From Octopus bimaculoides (taxonomy: Eukaryota), in assembly GCF_001194135.2 (NCBI RefSeq), contig NC_068984.1:55671825-55728525 (forward strand): DNA of 56,701 nt. Direction: 5' to 3'. Every line of letters begins with the position of its first letter. Positions within the stretch are counted from its first letter, which is position 1. A model generated the notes under the pieces. It saw only the letters and a program-made list of their open reading frames with translations. It searched no databases and was not told where the DNA came from. Below, one piece after another: positions 36,620 to 49,570 of the stretch. Made by a program: the position numbers and the translations under genes.

Positions 36620-36790
36620 TATAGGCGGAAACGTTGCTGTGGGGAAAGAAGTTCTATTCCCATCCACATGGTTTCGTGTTCATTTCCAGTGCGTGGTACC
36701 TTGGGTATCTTCTACATAGCCACGGATCGACATAAGCCTAGTGTGTGGATTTGTTAAACGGAAACTGAAAGAGGCCCATTATATATATAT
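36620..36790 (+). mobile_element. SINE family B 5' half ending at its internal (TA)n
   Basis: gttgctgtggggaaagaag...ccacatggtttc...gcgtggtaccttgggt...cggaaactgaaagaggccc. Confidence 0.7.
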
Positions 36791-37039
36791 AAAGGATCGT
36801 GGGTAAGACCAAAACAATTCGAAGTAAATGAAAGGTAAATCACAAGAAAACAAATATGTGAATTAGCTCCTCACACGCACATCGGCAGCATTCGTCAATT
36901 TGTTGAAAACGGAGTCATAACCCCGAAACTTTGAATACAGGATAAGTCTACATTAATTCACATAATTGTTTTCTTGTGATTTACCTTTCATTTACTTCGC
37001 ATTGTTTTGACCTTACCCACGATCCTTCGATCCTTTATA
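36788..37039. mobile_element. Foldback element with 74-bp inverted arms and an 88-nt spacer, at a (TA)n site
   Basis: 36792-36865 matches the reverse complement of 36954-37027 at 70/74 positions. An 8-bp CGATCCTT tandem duplication lies at the right end. Confidence 0.85.
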
Positions 37040-37443
37040 CAATATATTCTACTCAATGCTTCATAGTAATTATTCCCTCATAATATATATATATATANNN
37101 NNNNNNNNNNNNNNNNNNNNNNNNNNNNNNNNNNNNNNNNNNNNNNNNNNNNNNNNNNNNNNNNNNNNNNNNNNNNNNNNNNNNNNNNNNNNNNNNNNNN
37201 NNNNNNNNNNNNNNNNNNNNNNNNNNNNNNNNNNNNNNNNNNNNNNNNNNNNNNNNNNNNNNNNNNNNNNNNNNNNNNNNNNNNNNNNNNNNNNNNNNNN
37301 NNNNNNNNNNNNNNNNNNNNNNNNNNNNNNNNNNNNNNNNNNNNNNNNNNNNNNNNNNNNNNNNNNNNNNNNNNNNNNNNNNNNNNNNNNNNNNNNNNNN
37401 NNNNNNNNNNNNNNNNNNNNNNNNNNNNNNNNNNNNNNCCGTG

Positions 37444-37660
37444 AGGAGTGGAATATCCAACGTTTCGGATTCAATTCCTTTGCAGGAGGCAGAGAAGAAG
37501 AGAAGAGAAAGAGAAGAAAGATCAGACAGAGTTCAATCCTCTCAGCCAGGTCTTCAAGCTGAGAGGATGTAAACTCTGACTGACTTTTTACTCTTTCGTT
37601 TCTCTTCTTCTCTGCCTCCTGATGAAAGATTGAATCCGAAACATTGGAGATTCCAGTCCT
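37444..37660. mobile_element. Foldback element (~100-nt arms, 11-nt loop) with a hammerhead-like motif in each arm
   Basis: 37450-37546 versus the reverse complement of 37558-37654 shows ~14 differences. The + arm reads CTC-CTGATGA-AA-GAT tga ATC-C-GAAAC-ATT-GGAG; the - arm copy has core CTGCAAA. Confidence 0.8.
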
Positions 37661-38391
37661 AACTATTATAATAGTGTGTACACTATTATATACATGCAAA
37701 TCCATACTGGCCCTTGCCCACACCCGTATCGCCATACATGTATATATCCATTTCCACAACTATGGATACATATGTGTGCAAACCTCCAAATACCTATGGC
37801 TTCTTACATAGTCTCTCATATATACCCATATAAATGTGCATAAATGCATACATACTCATACCCATATTTATATCTATATAAGCCTGTATATAGATACACA
37901 CACACACAAAAATATGTATATATATACACACATACACATCCATATATATAAATATATATACATACATATATATGTACACACAAGCATACTCATCCATACA
38001 TATATATACATACACACATACAGACACAATACATGTATTCACCTATACATACAAAGCCCTATACCTACACATACTTACACGCACAGAAATAGGGTTACAA
38101 TCGTATATACTTATATGTGTGCATACACACATTCATAGGTACACACATACATGTATACATACATATATACATCTGCACACGCAGCATATATGCATATATT
38201 CGTACATGCATACATGTACTCAAAAGTATATGCAAGTACCTACCTGGAAAAGGTAAATCGCATACTAGTTAGAGTGGGAAGGCAAACATTATATGGTAAC
38301 CATGTACAGGAAGGTATTGATAATACGGATATTGTTATTATGATACGAATAAGGAGGGGCACTAGTGCTAGTAGGGGTTAAATAACTAGTA

Positions 38392-38999
38392 CTAATGGTA
38401 TTTAGAAAAAGTGTGCTTGGTCTTGTGAAGGCAGGAACCATTTCTGTCCTTAATAGTATTAACAAGGGAAAGGTTGGCTTTAATCATGAAGAAAATTTCA
38501 TTTACACATAACATACATTTCCTATTCTTTGTACTATACCCTGGTGCTGTGGTTAAAATCTTCCAATGTAGGTTATACTCAATTCCCTTATCCCTAAGTT
38601 CTTATATGTAGTTGCTCAATCCCTTTGAATTTCTCCCATTTCTGCTTCTAAAGGTGTATCTATGGTGATTCTGGGTTTCTCCTACATATACCTTATTACC
38701 AGATTGCGTACTTACTACACATTGATATATTACTTCCTTTCTAATTCAATTATTGTTGAATACACAATTCCTGCTAATTCTACAATAACAGGTTCTATAT
38801 AGATGTGTGGGGGGTAATATTGTGGGTAGTATTAGGTATTGCATTATTGGTGCTGTAGCTATTGTTGATACTAATAATGCTGTTGTTGTTATTGCTGTTG
38901 CAATTACTCGAATCACTAACATTATTATTATTGTTGTTGTTGTCATTATTATTATTATTATTGATTTCAATATTATTATTGTTATTATTTTTGTTTCTA

Positions 39000-39063
<64 letters not shown>

Positions 39064-39340
39064 CATCATCATCACCAGCCCCGCTATTACTACTATTATT
39101 ACCATCATTATTATTATTGTGGCTATTATTATTATTGTGGCTATTATAGTTTATTGAGGAGATGATGGTAGCCAGGTTATGTGTTAAACTGTATCCTATT
39201 CTTATTGTCTTGTTATTAATAATCTCCCAGTATTTGCTTTTTTTCCCTTTTATAAAATGTTTGTTAATTAATCTAAATATTGTTTTAACTATGTCATTCT
39301 TAATTTACATAGCGTATGGGATGATTAAACAGACAGTGTC
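38392..39340 (-). pseudogene. Decayed Penelope-like element ORF: RT-EN linker, simple-repeat insert, CCC motif and GIY-YIG endonuclease
   Basis: Minus strand: IPYAM*IKNDIVKTIFRLINKHF...IGYSLTHNLATIISSIN; (AAT)n; RTCYCRISRNCVFNNN*IRKEVIYQCVVSTQSGNKVYVGETQN..LSNYI*ELRDKGIEYNLHWKIL..APGY..KCMLC...CLHK. These match the PLE CxCR..C..C-VIY-YxG-WxL-C..C-CxH pattern. In-frame stops at 38746 and 38602. Confidence 0.8.
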
Positions 39341-39659
39341 TTTTTCATTATTTCCGTGATTGGGTTTTTTTTATGTTATGTGTATCGTTACTGCTTTTAT
39401 CTTTATTATATTTTTTTTATTACGAGTATAATGATGATTATTATTGTTATTATTATTTATGGGTGTGTTTTTTTTTTCATATTTCTAATACTTCTATTGT
39501 TATTTTTGTACCTATCTTTGGTAGCGTTGTAGCTGTCACAATTACTGGGCCTGGTAGTAGTTTCCCTATCAGGGCTTTTATAGTTGTTGTGCCTCCGTTT
39601 CCTCAAATTTCCACGTTTACTGTTAGAATTTATAGGAATTCAGAGACTTGTTGATCGGC

Positions 39660-40500
39660 AAAAAAATAACGAAGACTAACACTGCATTTTAGCCACCACC
39701 TGGTTCCTTACACTCATTAGTATACTTATATAACAAATTTTCCCATGGTGGGTTCACCATCATAGGCTACGTATGCCATACCATCCGCAACGTTGCATCT
39801 ACTAACTGGCACTTTACATATGAATTTTCACCTCCGTAACACAGACCATACCGTCAAATCCACCACTGTATTTCTATGTAAGCATAATGTGAATTTATAT
39901 GTAAACATAATGTGAACTACTGCCTAAATTCACCCTTCCTAAAAACTCCTCCTAAGAACAACTATACTCACCTATCCATCATTGGACGAAGTAACATGTA
40001 TCCTGGAATACATCACAGGAAGTTTGTAGCTTATTTTCTCTTCCTATACCTAATTCATTTTAATAAGTCATACTTCTCTCACAGCCTCAGGTCTTCTATT
40101 CGTTTTCTGAACTTTTTAATGACAAATACACTCTACCTATTGTTAACTGTTTACTTTATGTACTAGCCCTCCTAACGACTTAGACCCTCTGAAGAAACCA
40201 AGAGGCACACTCATCATCCAAACCTTATCTGCCCATCCCTACAGAACACTGAAGAGATGGAAATGCCATGGAGGATGTCGTTGCCTCTTGACAGAAACTG
40301 CCGTAAGGAACTGATCTGTTGCTCTTTTCTGTAATATCTAATACATGTGTGTGTAACACATAGTTACTACATGTGTATGTTTACTTTCTAATACTTTGGA
40401 ATAAATAGACACACTGGAATGTCTACCGGATGATGTATGTTGTTTTGTATCCTCTCCATTTTCTTATTTGCTGTATATATATATATATATATATATAGAT
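39660..40500 (+). mobile_element. Probable PLE pLTR-like segment with a degenerate long-stem-II hammerhead-like motif, ending in (TA)n
   Basis: CCT-CTGAAGA-aac-CAAGAGGCA...TGCCTCTTG-aca-GAAAC-tgcc-GTA-AGG at 40186-40308. Confidence 0.4.
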
Positions 40501-41027
40501 ATGCAGGGCAGGGAAATCATCAATTAGTAATAAAATTAATAATTAACAATTCTGCCGGGTAGCTCAGTATGAAAAAAACCTTTTTCGGTAAGAATAGAGT
40601 ATTATGTACTCTTAACTGTGAAACAATTGTACTAAATTAACTAAAGGCAAGTGGTTTTTTACTCTTCTCTATTGTTTTTTGTTCTGTGTGTATCAAAAAT
40701 ATCGCTATCAATCTGGAGTAATAATTTGTAGTTTTGAAATCAGTAGTTCTTTGACTGCTATTTCTGAATTCTCAGTATGTTGGAGAAGCAGGTTACTGTC
40801 AATCCCTATNNNNNNNNNNNNNNNNNNNNNNNNNNNNNNNNNNNNNNNNNNNNNNNNNNNNNNNNNNNNNNNNNNNNNNNNNNNNNNNNNNNNNNNNNNN
40901 NNNNNNNNNNNNNNNNNNNNNNNNNNNNNNNNNNNNNNNNNNNNNNNNNNNNNNNNNNNNNNNNNNNNNNNNNNNNNNNNNNNNNNNNNNNNNNNNTATA
41001 TATATATATATATCAGTGGAGCCTTCT

Positions 41028-41218
41028 TGTTTGTCTCCCATCCCCGTTTGACAACCGGTGTTGGTTTACGTCGTCATAACTTAGGCTTTCGGCAAAGGAG
41101 CTTGACAGAATAAGTTTAAGTTTAAGAAAATAGATACCGGTGTGGAATTGCTCAGCTGAACCCTTCATGGCGGTGTCCCCGCATAACCACAGTCCAATGA
41201 TTGAAACAAGTTAAAGAA
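41028..41218 (+). mobile_element. SINE family B 3' half (old)
   Basis: tttgacaaccggtgttggtttacgtc..cataacttag..ttcggcaaa...cagtccaatgattgaaacaag. Confidence 0.7.
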
Positions 41219-42745
41219 ATTGCAAAATGAATTATATCTCCATTGATTGAAAGCTAACAACTGTGAGAAAAGAAAGAAAAACAGGGAAATCTTAATACTG
41301 AAATGCAAAATTATAGACAAGCTAAAGAGAAAGAAAATGAATCTGAAAGTGACAAATAACAGTCCGTGTTAAAAGTTCGCATAACTGTGTAGTAGACTGG
41401 TATGTCCGATGTTTGACAAAATCAGTAAAAGCGAAGAGAAAGTTAATAAAGGGGAAAAATCTAACGCTTTTAAAAACACGCCAGTAACAAATATTTAACT
41501 GTTGAAATTGTGCCAGTGACCAGGTCTCAGATGCGAACAAAATGTTGACAACTCGAGAAATAAATCGAAAAAAATTAATACTATGTAAGTCTTGTATCAT
41601 TAGCTGGCTAGGATCTCTTTTCCATAATTTAATTGCTTAAAAATATGATTTTTAGGCATATTTTTAATATACATAGTGGGAGGCAGTAAATTTGGCGGGA
41701 ACACTGCTACACATACTGGTAACTAGATGAAAAAAGATGAACCCCCACCCTCGCTTGAGGATATAATCAATTTGTATTTTTATATTTATTAAGATTTTCA
41801 TATTTGCAAACCTATTCGTAACATTTTCTGGGAATTTGTCTTTATATTTACTTCTTTATTAAGTTATTCATTTGTGTATTTAGTTATTTTATGTCGCAAA
41901 TGGTGGTCAATAGCATTGTTGGTTTCAGTCTCTAATGGTTTGGCCATTGGTTGACAACATTCGCAATGGCGAGAATAACACTTGTCAGGGTAAAATGGGT
42001 CCGAAAAAATATTGCAAGGCACTTCGATCTGAAAGCACTGTTTTGGGGATTTTGTGTTGATGTTTCATTGCTGGTGTGCATCAGTGAAAGATGCTTATAC
42101 ACACATTCATAGGCACATGCACACTCATATACACACACAAACATATACAGGGAAATCGCTAATTATGATTACTGGCAAGGAGCTTTTAATATAACAATTA
42201 ATATTTGATAACTCTAGCAGTAATTGATTTGATAACATTATCTGCAAATAAATACATGGTTTTAGACAATAACTGAAACCTGTTCGTAGATTCTAACCTG
42301 TTAATATTTTTCTCATAAATGTCAACGTTACAATAAAACTTGGTGCAAAATAAGAAGGAAGTCCTTACATAGTCATCTGATCTTCAAGGAATAACAGCTA
42401 AATTTCCTTTAAATCTCTTCCTGTAACATGCAGCAGAGAAAGAAGGTTGAGATACTTCTAGATATATTATCTGGAGAAGAAATAGAATTGCCATGGATGG
42501 AATGCCTCCGATCATAATTATGTTGGTCATGCCCGATTTGATGATAAAACATATATTCTGTAATAAATAAAACTAAATATGGATAACTGCAGATATAAAA
42601 CAATAAAACATGAACAATTTTTCTTCAGCTAAAGAAGAATTAATAAACCTGATTTCTAAAATGTTTGTTAGTTGTGTGCGTGTGCACACGCGTGCATGTA
42701 TGTTTGCGCGCGCGCGTATGTGTTTGCGTGTGTTTGTGTGCGTGT

Positions 42746-42781
<36 letters not shown>

Positions 42782-43499
42782 GTGTGCGTGTCTGTGTGTG
42801 TGTGTGTGTGCGTGTACGTGTGTGTTTGTGAGATGAGACGTATTCCTAATTAGAGATCAAATCATCAGCACTGAAGCTTGTTGTACGTATAACCATGCAG
42901 ATGTTTTGCTTGTGTTTTCTGCGGCTGCCGAAGTGAAAGTTTTCATTGATCTTGCTAGTCTCGGAGGGCCTACAAATGTCATAGGTATAACACCTTCCTC
43001 CAGGTCAAACCCATAAAAATGTAACATAAATAATTTTATTATTCATAAACACCAGATTGACGAGTAATTTCGTGGGGTGATGAGGGAGATCTTGTAATTC
43101 ATATATATTTGCAGAAAAATATTTTTCCAAGTAATTGCAAATTCACATTTCAGAACTTTCCGCTAATCATCTTGGGACTTAAAAGATAACAGACAAATTA
43201 AATAATTGTTTATGGGATATATTAATTTACCGCATCATACTTTATTATATTTTCATCTAATGTTTATAAGCTTGGCGAAGAAAGATGTTGCTAAAGGGCA
43301 ACCGAGGTTATAATTACGTTTTAGAATGCGTCCCTTGTGAATACATACTATTTAATACGTGTTACAACAGTATTTCGGTAATGATGTAATAAATACTACA
43401 ACGAAAATTTTGTATTGAGAAGTTTTCAGCTGTAAGTATTATTTTGCCTCCTATCCAAGTATAATTGAATTAAAACGTTCTTACTTCTGAGCTTCGATA

Positions 43500-44075
43500 A
43501 ATATTTTCATAATTTTCCACATGAAAGTCTACTTCTAATCATCGCATCAATCTTATCGAGATGGTAAGATTTTTTATTTTGGTTATGTCCCTTCTAAATT
43601 CTAAATAGAAATAATTGAATCTCTTCTATGATTGTATCAATTTATAATGTGTATTGAAATGCTTCCTGAAAGACTTGTGATTATATCTGGATAACATGCC
43701 AAGAGCATAACTGTTATTTCTGTCTCTGGAAGCCAATATTTCATCAGCGAAAAACTAGATTGCGTTTGGTATGGTTACCAAAATATTGATGTCTGATAAG
43801 TTTTCAGTGAATATGTCTGCATTACACCATTTAATAAACAGTTGAATTCAATGATTGTAATGCTGCTGTCAAAGCGATGGATCTATAGATTTGCAGAAAT
43901 GTGCCGTATTAATTTTCATGATTGATATAATTAAGTATTGACTTGAAGTAATTAAGAGCTACTGTCGCAAATCTGCAATTTATTGTCAGAATCCATATTG
44001 ACTATAAAATTCATATTGGTATCTGCAGACTATTATAAAGAGTTAGAACTGTTTCAAAAGGGAACTTAAATTCTT
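43500..44075 (-). pseudogene. Decayed CR1/L2-clade LINE ORF2 C-terminal remnant
   Basis: Minus strand FETVLTLYNSLQIP...IW resembles the xTLLTLYxSLIxP..W motif; weaker downstream matches. Many stops. Confidence 0.4.
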
Positions 44076-44974
44076 ATTTAAACTGAGTCTTTCTCACAAG
44101 TTCTGCAACAAAATTATCATGAAACACTTTTAATATAACTTAAACTTAATATCTCTCATTTTATACAAGCAAACAGTATTATGATTTGTGAATTGTTCTA
44201 TACATAAAAAAGTTCGTAAAAGCTTCGGTCTTTTATAAAAAAAAAAAAGGAAATATAAAAGGAATAGACATGTCTTTTAATCTAGAGCAAAACATTGGGG
44301 GATTTGCTTTCTTTTGTAGTGCATCAAGGTTCAAAGTATTATTTACTAGGAGAAACCTTGGCCATAAAACAATGTTTCAATTTGATCTGATACGTAAAAT
44401 ATTATTCTCATAGTATATTTCTTTTTTTACAATCCTGCACTGAGCTTTGAAATTACAGCTTCCCTATTTTTACCCTTTAACCAAGCCAACTATTATATAT
44501 ATATTTAAGGAAAATAATAGTTGGTATAATGTTATTTGAACTCTTCTGATTTCTCATCAGGAATGAAGAAAATTCACTTAACAGTTTGTAGTTGATTAGT
44601 GTCTGTATAAAATGGCTGACTCTTCCCAGTTACCTGATTTGTTAAACGCCATCGACTTTGTGTACTGATGCACCCAGTTATTCTTTGTTTTGTTATTTTA
44701 TTGAGTAGCAAGTTTAGTTAACAACCTCACTCGATCTCAGTATAAATATTTGGCAAACAGTAAAACATTTCTTGTATTTATGTGAAGCATGATTACTTCC
44801 TACAACGCTTTTGTACTTTCTTAACAATATCTATAAACTAACATTCTTCCTGTTAAGGTCTACTCACGTCGATATATTGTGCTTTCATTCTTTGTACGCC
44901 TTCATACCACTCTATTATCACATCAATTATTGATACATATACACGAATACCTACATATCTATAAATATGCATGC

Positions 44975-45059
<85 letters not shown>

Positions 45060-45880
45060 TATATATTTATATATACATGTGTATAATACCTGATACCGTA
45101 TTCATAGTGTGATGCTTCTGTCTACCAACGATAATATAGTACACGAAGAAAGAATCATATACTAACACGAATATTCAAAGAAACAAGACGATTCGTCTGA
45201 GTCAAAGGATAAACCATATTTCAGAAAGTAGTTTACTTCATTAAACAAATTTATTAGAAAATCGCGCAGTCAGTCACACATAATATCAGTCAAGATGTCA
45301 GTCACAATAGCTTCTTTTTCCATTTACAGAAGTACAAATTATTTGGGGAGCTGGGTATCTATTAGTTTCTACAAATATTCGTTGGAATGTCATAAGTAAA
45401 TAAATAAATTCCCTCATTTCTTACATCTTGATATCGAAAAACTTCTGAACAATTCGTTTCGCACTAACGTAATTTAGAATTGAATTAGCTAATGCATCTC
45501 AAGAAAAGAATGTATATACGCAGGCATTTCAAGTCAAGTACAACTATTACAACTGAAACGCAAAGAAAAAAGACTTTGGGTCAAATGCATAAGTTTGTAA
45601 AACTTTTATCTAGAGATATACAATTAGCTGATAGAAGATTATGCGTATGTTTATGACTAACATCTATTTATGAACCTCTAACTAAATAGCCTCTTTCAGT
45701 TACTGCTATAAAAAGGGGTTTCAATTTACATAGTTAAACAAACGACGTCAGGCTATAAACCTTATTGTCGAAGCTTAGTATCTCATTAACGGTTGTGTTG
45801 TAACTACATTAAACAAATGTTAATTTTCACATGAATTTTAGCGGACAGCATAATAGGAACGAGTTCATATTTTGTCATTA

Positions 45881-46040
45881 AATTTACCCAAGCACTCAAC
45901 TGATATTTATTTTAATGACCCGAAAAGATGAAATGTAACGCCAAGTTCGTCAGAATTTTAACTCAAAACGTAAAGGGCCGGAAGAAATACCACTAAGCAC
46001 TTTGTCCGACGTGCTGACGATTCTACTGGCTCGCTGCCAT
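45881..46040 (-). mobile_element. SINE family A, divergent (head-to-head) to the next copy
   Basis: gacccgaaaagatgaaa, gaatttaactcaaaacgt, cgtgctgacgattctactggctcgc. Confidence 0.75.
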
Positions 46041-46066
46041 TAGCCTTGTAATAATATAAAAAGCCT

Positions 46067-46453
46067 AAGGTGGTGAGCTGGCAGAATCGTTAGAACACCG
46101 GGCGAAATGCTGAGCGGTATTTCGTCTGCTGCTACGTTCCGAGTTCCGCCGAGGTCGACTTTGCCTTTCATCCTTTCGGGGTCAATATAATCGACTTAAT
46201 CCGTTTGTCTGTCCTTGTTTGTCCCCTCTGTGTGTAACCCCTTGTTAGCAGTAAAGAAATAAAAAAACGTTAGCACACCCGGCGAAATGCTTAGCGGTAT
46301 TTTGTCTGTGTTTATGTTCTAAGTTCAAATTCTACCGAGGTCGACTTTGCCTTTCATCCTTTCAGGGTCGATAAATTAAGTACCAGTTGCACACTGGGTC
46401 GCTCCCCCTCCTCCGAAATTTCGGGCTATGTACCTAGAGCAGAAAAGAATAAC
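46067..46453 (+). mobile_element. Dimeric SINE family A
   Basis: Unit + cttaatccgtttgtctgtccttgtttgtcccc...gtaaagaaata + unit, as at 29014-29452. Confidence 0.85.
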
Positions 46454-46471
46454 GCCAAAAGCCTCTGAGTA

Positions 46472-46560
46472 AAAGCGCATATCGTAGTGGTTAGGTTATT
46501 ACAATCACGATCGCAAGATCATGGTTTCAGTTCCCAGACCGAGCGGTGTGTTGTGTTCCA
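46472..46560 (+). mobile_element. SINE family C head fragment
   Basis: gcgcatatcgtagtggttagg...cacgatcgcaagatcatggtttcagttccc. Confidence 0.6.
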
Positions 46561-47269
46561 TGAAATTAGAAATAATGACTCCAGCTAGTCCCATATCAGG
46601 TATTCCTAGGTTGTGTACTTTACGAGATGAGACGAGACATTCAGCCGGAACATCAGACTGATGATCCCAGGAGGGAGCCGTGAATATGTGATAGGCTCTT
46701 ATTAAACAGAAAATTCTTCACAATCCCCTTGGATTTCGAGAGGAATCTCTTCTCTCAGGGTGGTAAAGAACGTACGTTCTGACTTGCAAAGTTTCTTTCG
46801 TAGACACTAAGTACACTTATGACCAAAGGAATTCTAGCCATGGCTACCCCATCTTTTAATCTTACATTCAGACAGTATCCAATGTAACCTGTTATTATTT
46901 GTCAACAGAGTAGAGTGTAATATGAATATTTGGTTGCTATTTATATCAGGCCGAATTAACGCGTACAGATTTCTCGTACCATTATCTTTGCCTAAAGAGC
47001 AGCTGCTGCTGCTGCTACTACCACTACCAACACCATAAAACTCACCACTTTTACAACCATCATCAACAGTACAACAGCCACACTACTACTATTAGTAGTA
47101 CTTAAAACTACTCACCACTCTGAAACGCTGGTGACTAGGGGACACGTACTATATTTCCACTCATGTTTTTAGGTGCCTGTGTAATCACAAGTAGGTATGG
47201 ACTCATCCCCCGTCATCCTTCACCCCGCAATACACATTTGGAAGAAAAAGGGCTACAATAGCATTTGCT

Positions 47270-47410
47270 TGTACCCACTTTAGCTGTGAAGAGTCAAGCA
47301 ACGTCAAATGGAATGGGGCCAAAGAAACGTAGTGCAGCCCGGATCAAGAATCGAAACCTCGATTAATGAGAGTGTGCCCAAAACCCTAAACATGAAGCCA
47401 CGTGTCTTCA
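47270..47410 (-). mobile_element. SINE family C fragment (old)
   Basis: Ends in gaagccacgtgtcttca like the head at 31150-31166; gaatcgaaacc B-box complement. Confidence 0.5.
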
Positions 47411-48399
47411 TAACTACTACTGATGATGATGCTTTAGTACATTAGCCGGGCATAACTACGATTCGTTAAAAGCTCTTTTAAAGTAACAGGCAGCACCTAT
47501 TTATACAATTCGCGCATGATGATGTTTCAAATGAATTTATATTGAAGGTGCTATATTAGTTCTATGCTCCACTGGGGAATACTCGTAGCAAATTCAATGA
47601 ATTCTTTTTCTATGAGCACATTTCCTGGAGTGATTCGCTTCATCACAACCTCATTTATTTGGAAGGGCTTTTTACTTTTTTTTATTTATTTTATTTTCTG
47701 TTTTCAAATACTACACAACGACAATAAAAAATATTAAGTTATTATTTTTAACACCAAAAGCAACCCCTCCCATGTAAATATGAACTTTTTTCTAGATGAA
47801 CCGTTTGAATGACGTTAAAACTATGCTGTGAAAATCTATATTTGTGTAACGGCAGTTACGCTCTGTAATCTAACGTTATGTTCTGTGTGTGAACGCGTGT
47901 GTACTATTTTTGTGTGCATGCATGCTGGTTGTTTTATGTGCGTTTGTGTGTGTTTGTTAGTGTGTATGTGTATGGTTTCTCGCCTCTGTAGTTTCTCCTC
48001 TCTGCTGGAGAAACTGATTATGTCGTCTTATTTCTATCTATCCTACCCCTCTTTTTTATAGGATTGCCGGATGTAGAATCATAGCTATAGTTCTAAACAT
48101 CATAATACGGAATTTTAGCATTACAGATTTAGCATCCAGTTACCTAGAATAGAAAAGTGAGCCATTTGTTGTACCTTTCGCCGTAATTAATAATGGTTAC
48201 ATTTGTTACAAAAACAAAAGGTATCATTCTAAACGGGTTACTCAGTGCTAAACTTTCATTTAATACAAAATATAAAAGTATATTAGTTATGACTGATATT
48301 TGTTCCATCCCATAATTATTTTTATTTAGCTATCTAAATGCTTTTATTTAGCTATCCAATGCTTCCTTGCATTAAACATCTTATCATGAATTCGACTAT

Positions 48400-48625
48400 T
48401 TGAAGGCAGTGAACTAGCAGAATCGTTATCATAGCAGACCAAATGCTTCGCGGCATTTCTTCCGGCTTTACCTCCTGAGTTAAAACCCCGCCAAATTCTA
48501 CTTCGTGTTTCATCCTTTCAGGCCAATAAAATAAGTACCACCAGTTCGTCACTGAGGTCAATGTAGCCAACTATCACCTACCTCTAAAATTTCAGACATT
48601 GTGCCTATATCAAAAAGGATCAATT
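48400..48625 (+). mobile_element. SINE family A
   Basis: gaaggcagtgaactagcagaatcgtta...cctgagttaaaaccccgcc...tttcatcctttc...aatttcagacattgtgcctat. Confidence 0.8.
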
Positions 48626-49394
48626 TATTTATTACTGTACATGTGGATGTCATTTCTGTGTAATTTTCTCTCGAAAACGTTATATTTTCTTGGGCCAACT
48701 ACTATACAGTCTCATTCATGTAACTCAGTGGTTCTTTTATCACTCTCTCGGTAAGTATTCACTGAAGGCTATGCTTCGTTGATGAGATAAAATTAAGATG
48801 GAAACATATTTGAAGTTGTCTCCCCTACTTCAAAGGAAAATGAAAATATTATTAGTCACTGACCCACCACAAATTTATTGATAGGTAATTTAAACTGCAT
48901 TCTATTACACTTAAACTTCACTGCCGAAAACTATTAAACAATTGATTCTTGGCAATACGATTGCAAGAGAAAACCAATAAACAAACAGCTTATAGTTTTA
49001 TTTACTATCCCTGGATTAAATATTACAATTGCTCTTTGATTAACAAAGATTTTGACTAAGCTGAAAACTGCTTATTTATAAGCATTTCAGACCAGGTTGA
49101 ATTTTATAACAGAAGCTGTTCTCTCAGCTCTACACCGTACGGATTGAAAATATGTTTTTTAAAACAAATTGTTATTTGCGGATGTTGTAGTGTAACAGGA
49201 ACTAAGTAAAGTGGCACTAATTCCAAGTTAGGGAATGTGAGAGAAATGCACCAATACCAAAATTTCTCTTTTCCTTTCCCAAAATGATTTAACTTTGTGT
49301 AATAAACCGCTATCAATTAAAATTTGAGGGCCACGGACTAATATAAATGACATAAAGCTAGATGAACTGCATCAAGGTTTGTTTTTGTTGTTGC

Positions 49395-49570
49395 TTTTGT
49401 TGATGCTTAACCTTAGCCAGTCCTGATCGAAGATCTATGATCGACGGCATTCTAGATTGGATTACTCTTCTTTCCACACATATCTAAAACCACGTTATCC
49501 AATGCATTCTATTCTTGAAAAGGTATTGTGTGATTTCGGAAAAATTTGGATACCACTTCTAATAGGACGA
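49395..49570 (-). mobile_element. Interspersed repeat family D
   Basis: ttagccagtcctgatcgaagatctatgatc..cggcattc...atccaatg...gtgtgatttcgg. Confidence 0.55.

Noticed and set aside
46660-46705. CTGATGA-TCCC-AGGA-GGGA as another hammerhead
   Set aside because: No GAAA follows stem II and there is no stem I or III complementarity.
47635-47660. TCACAACCTC resembling the miR-67/307 5' end
   Set aside because: Only ~10 nt match; the 3' part diverges and no precursor hairpin is evident.
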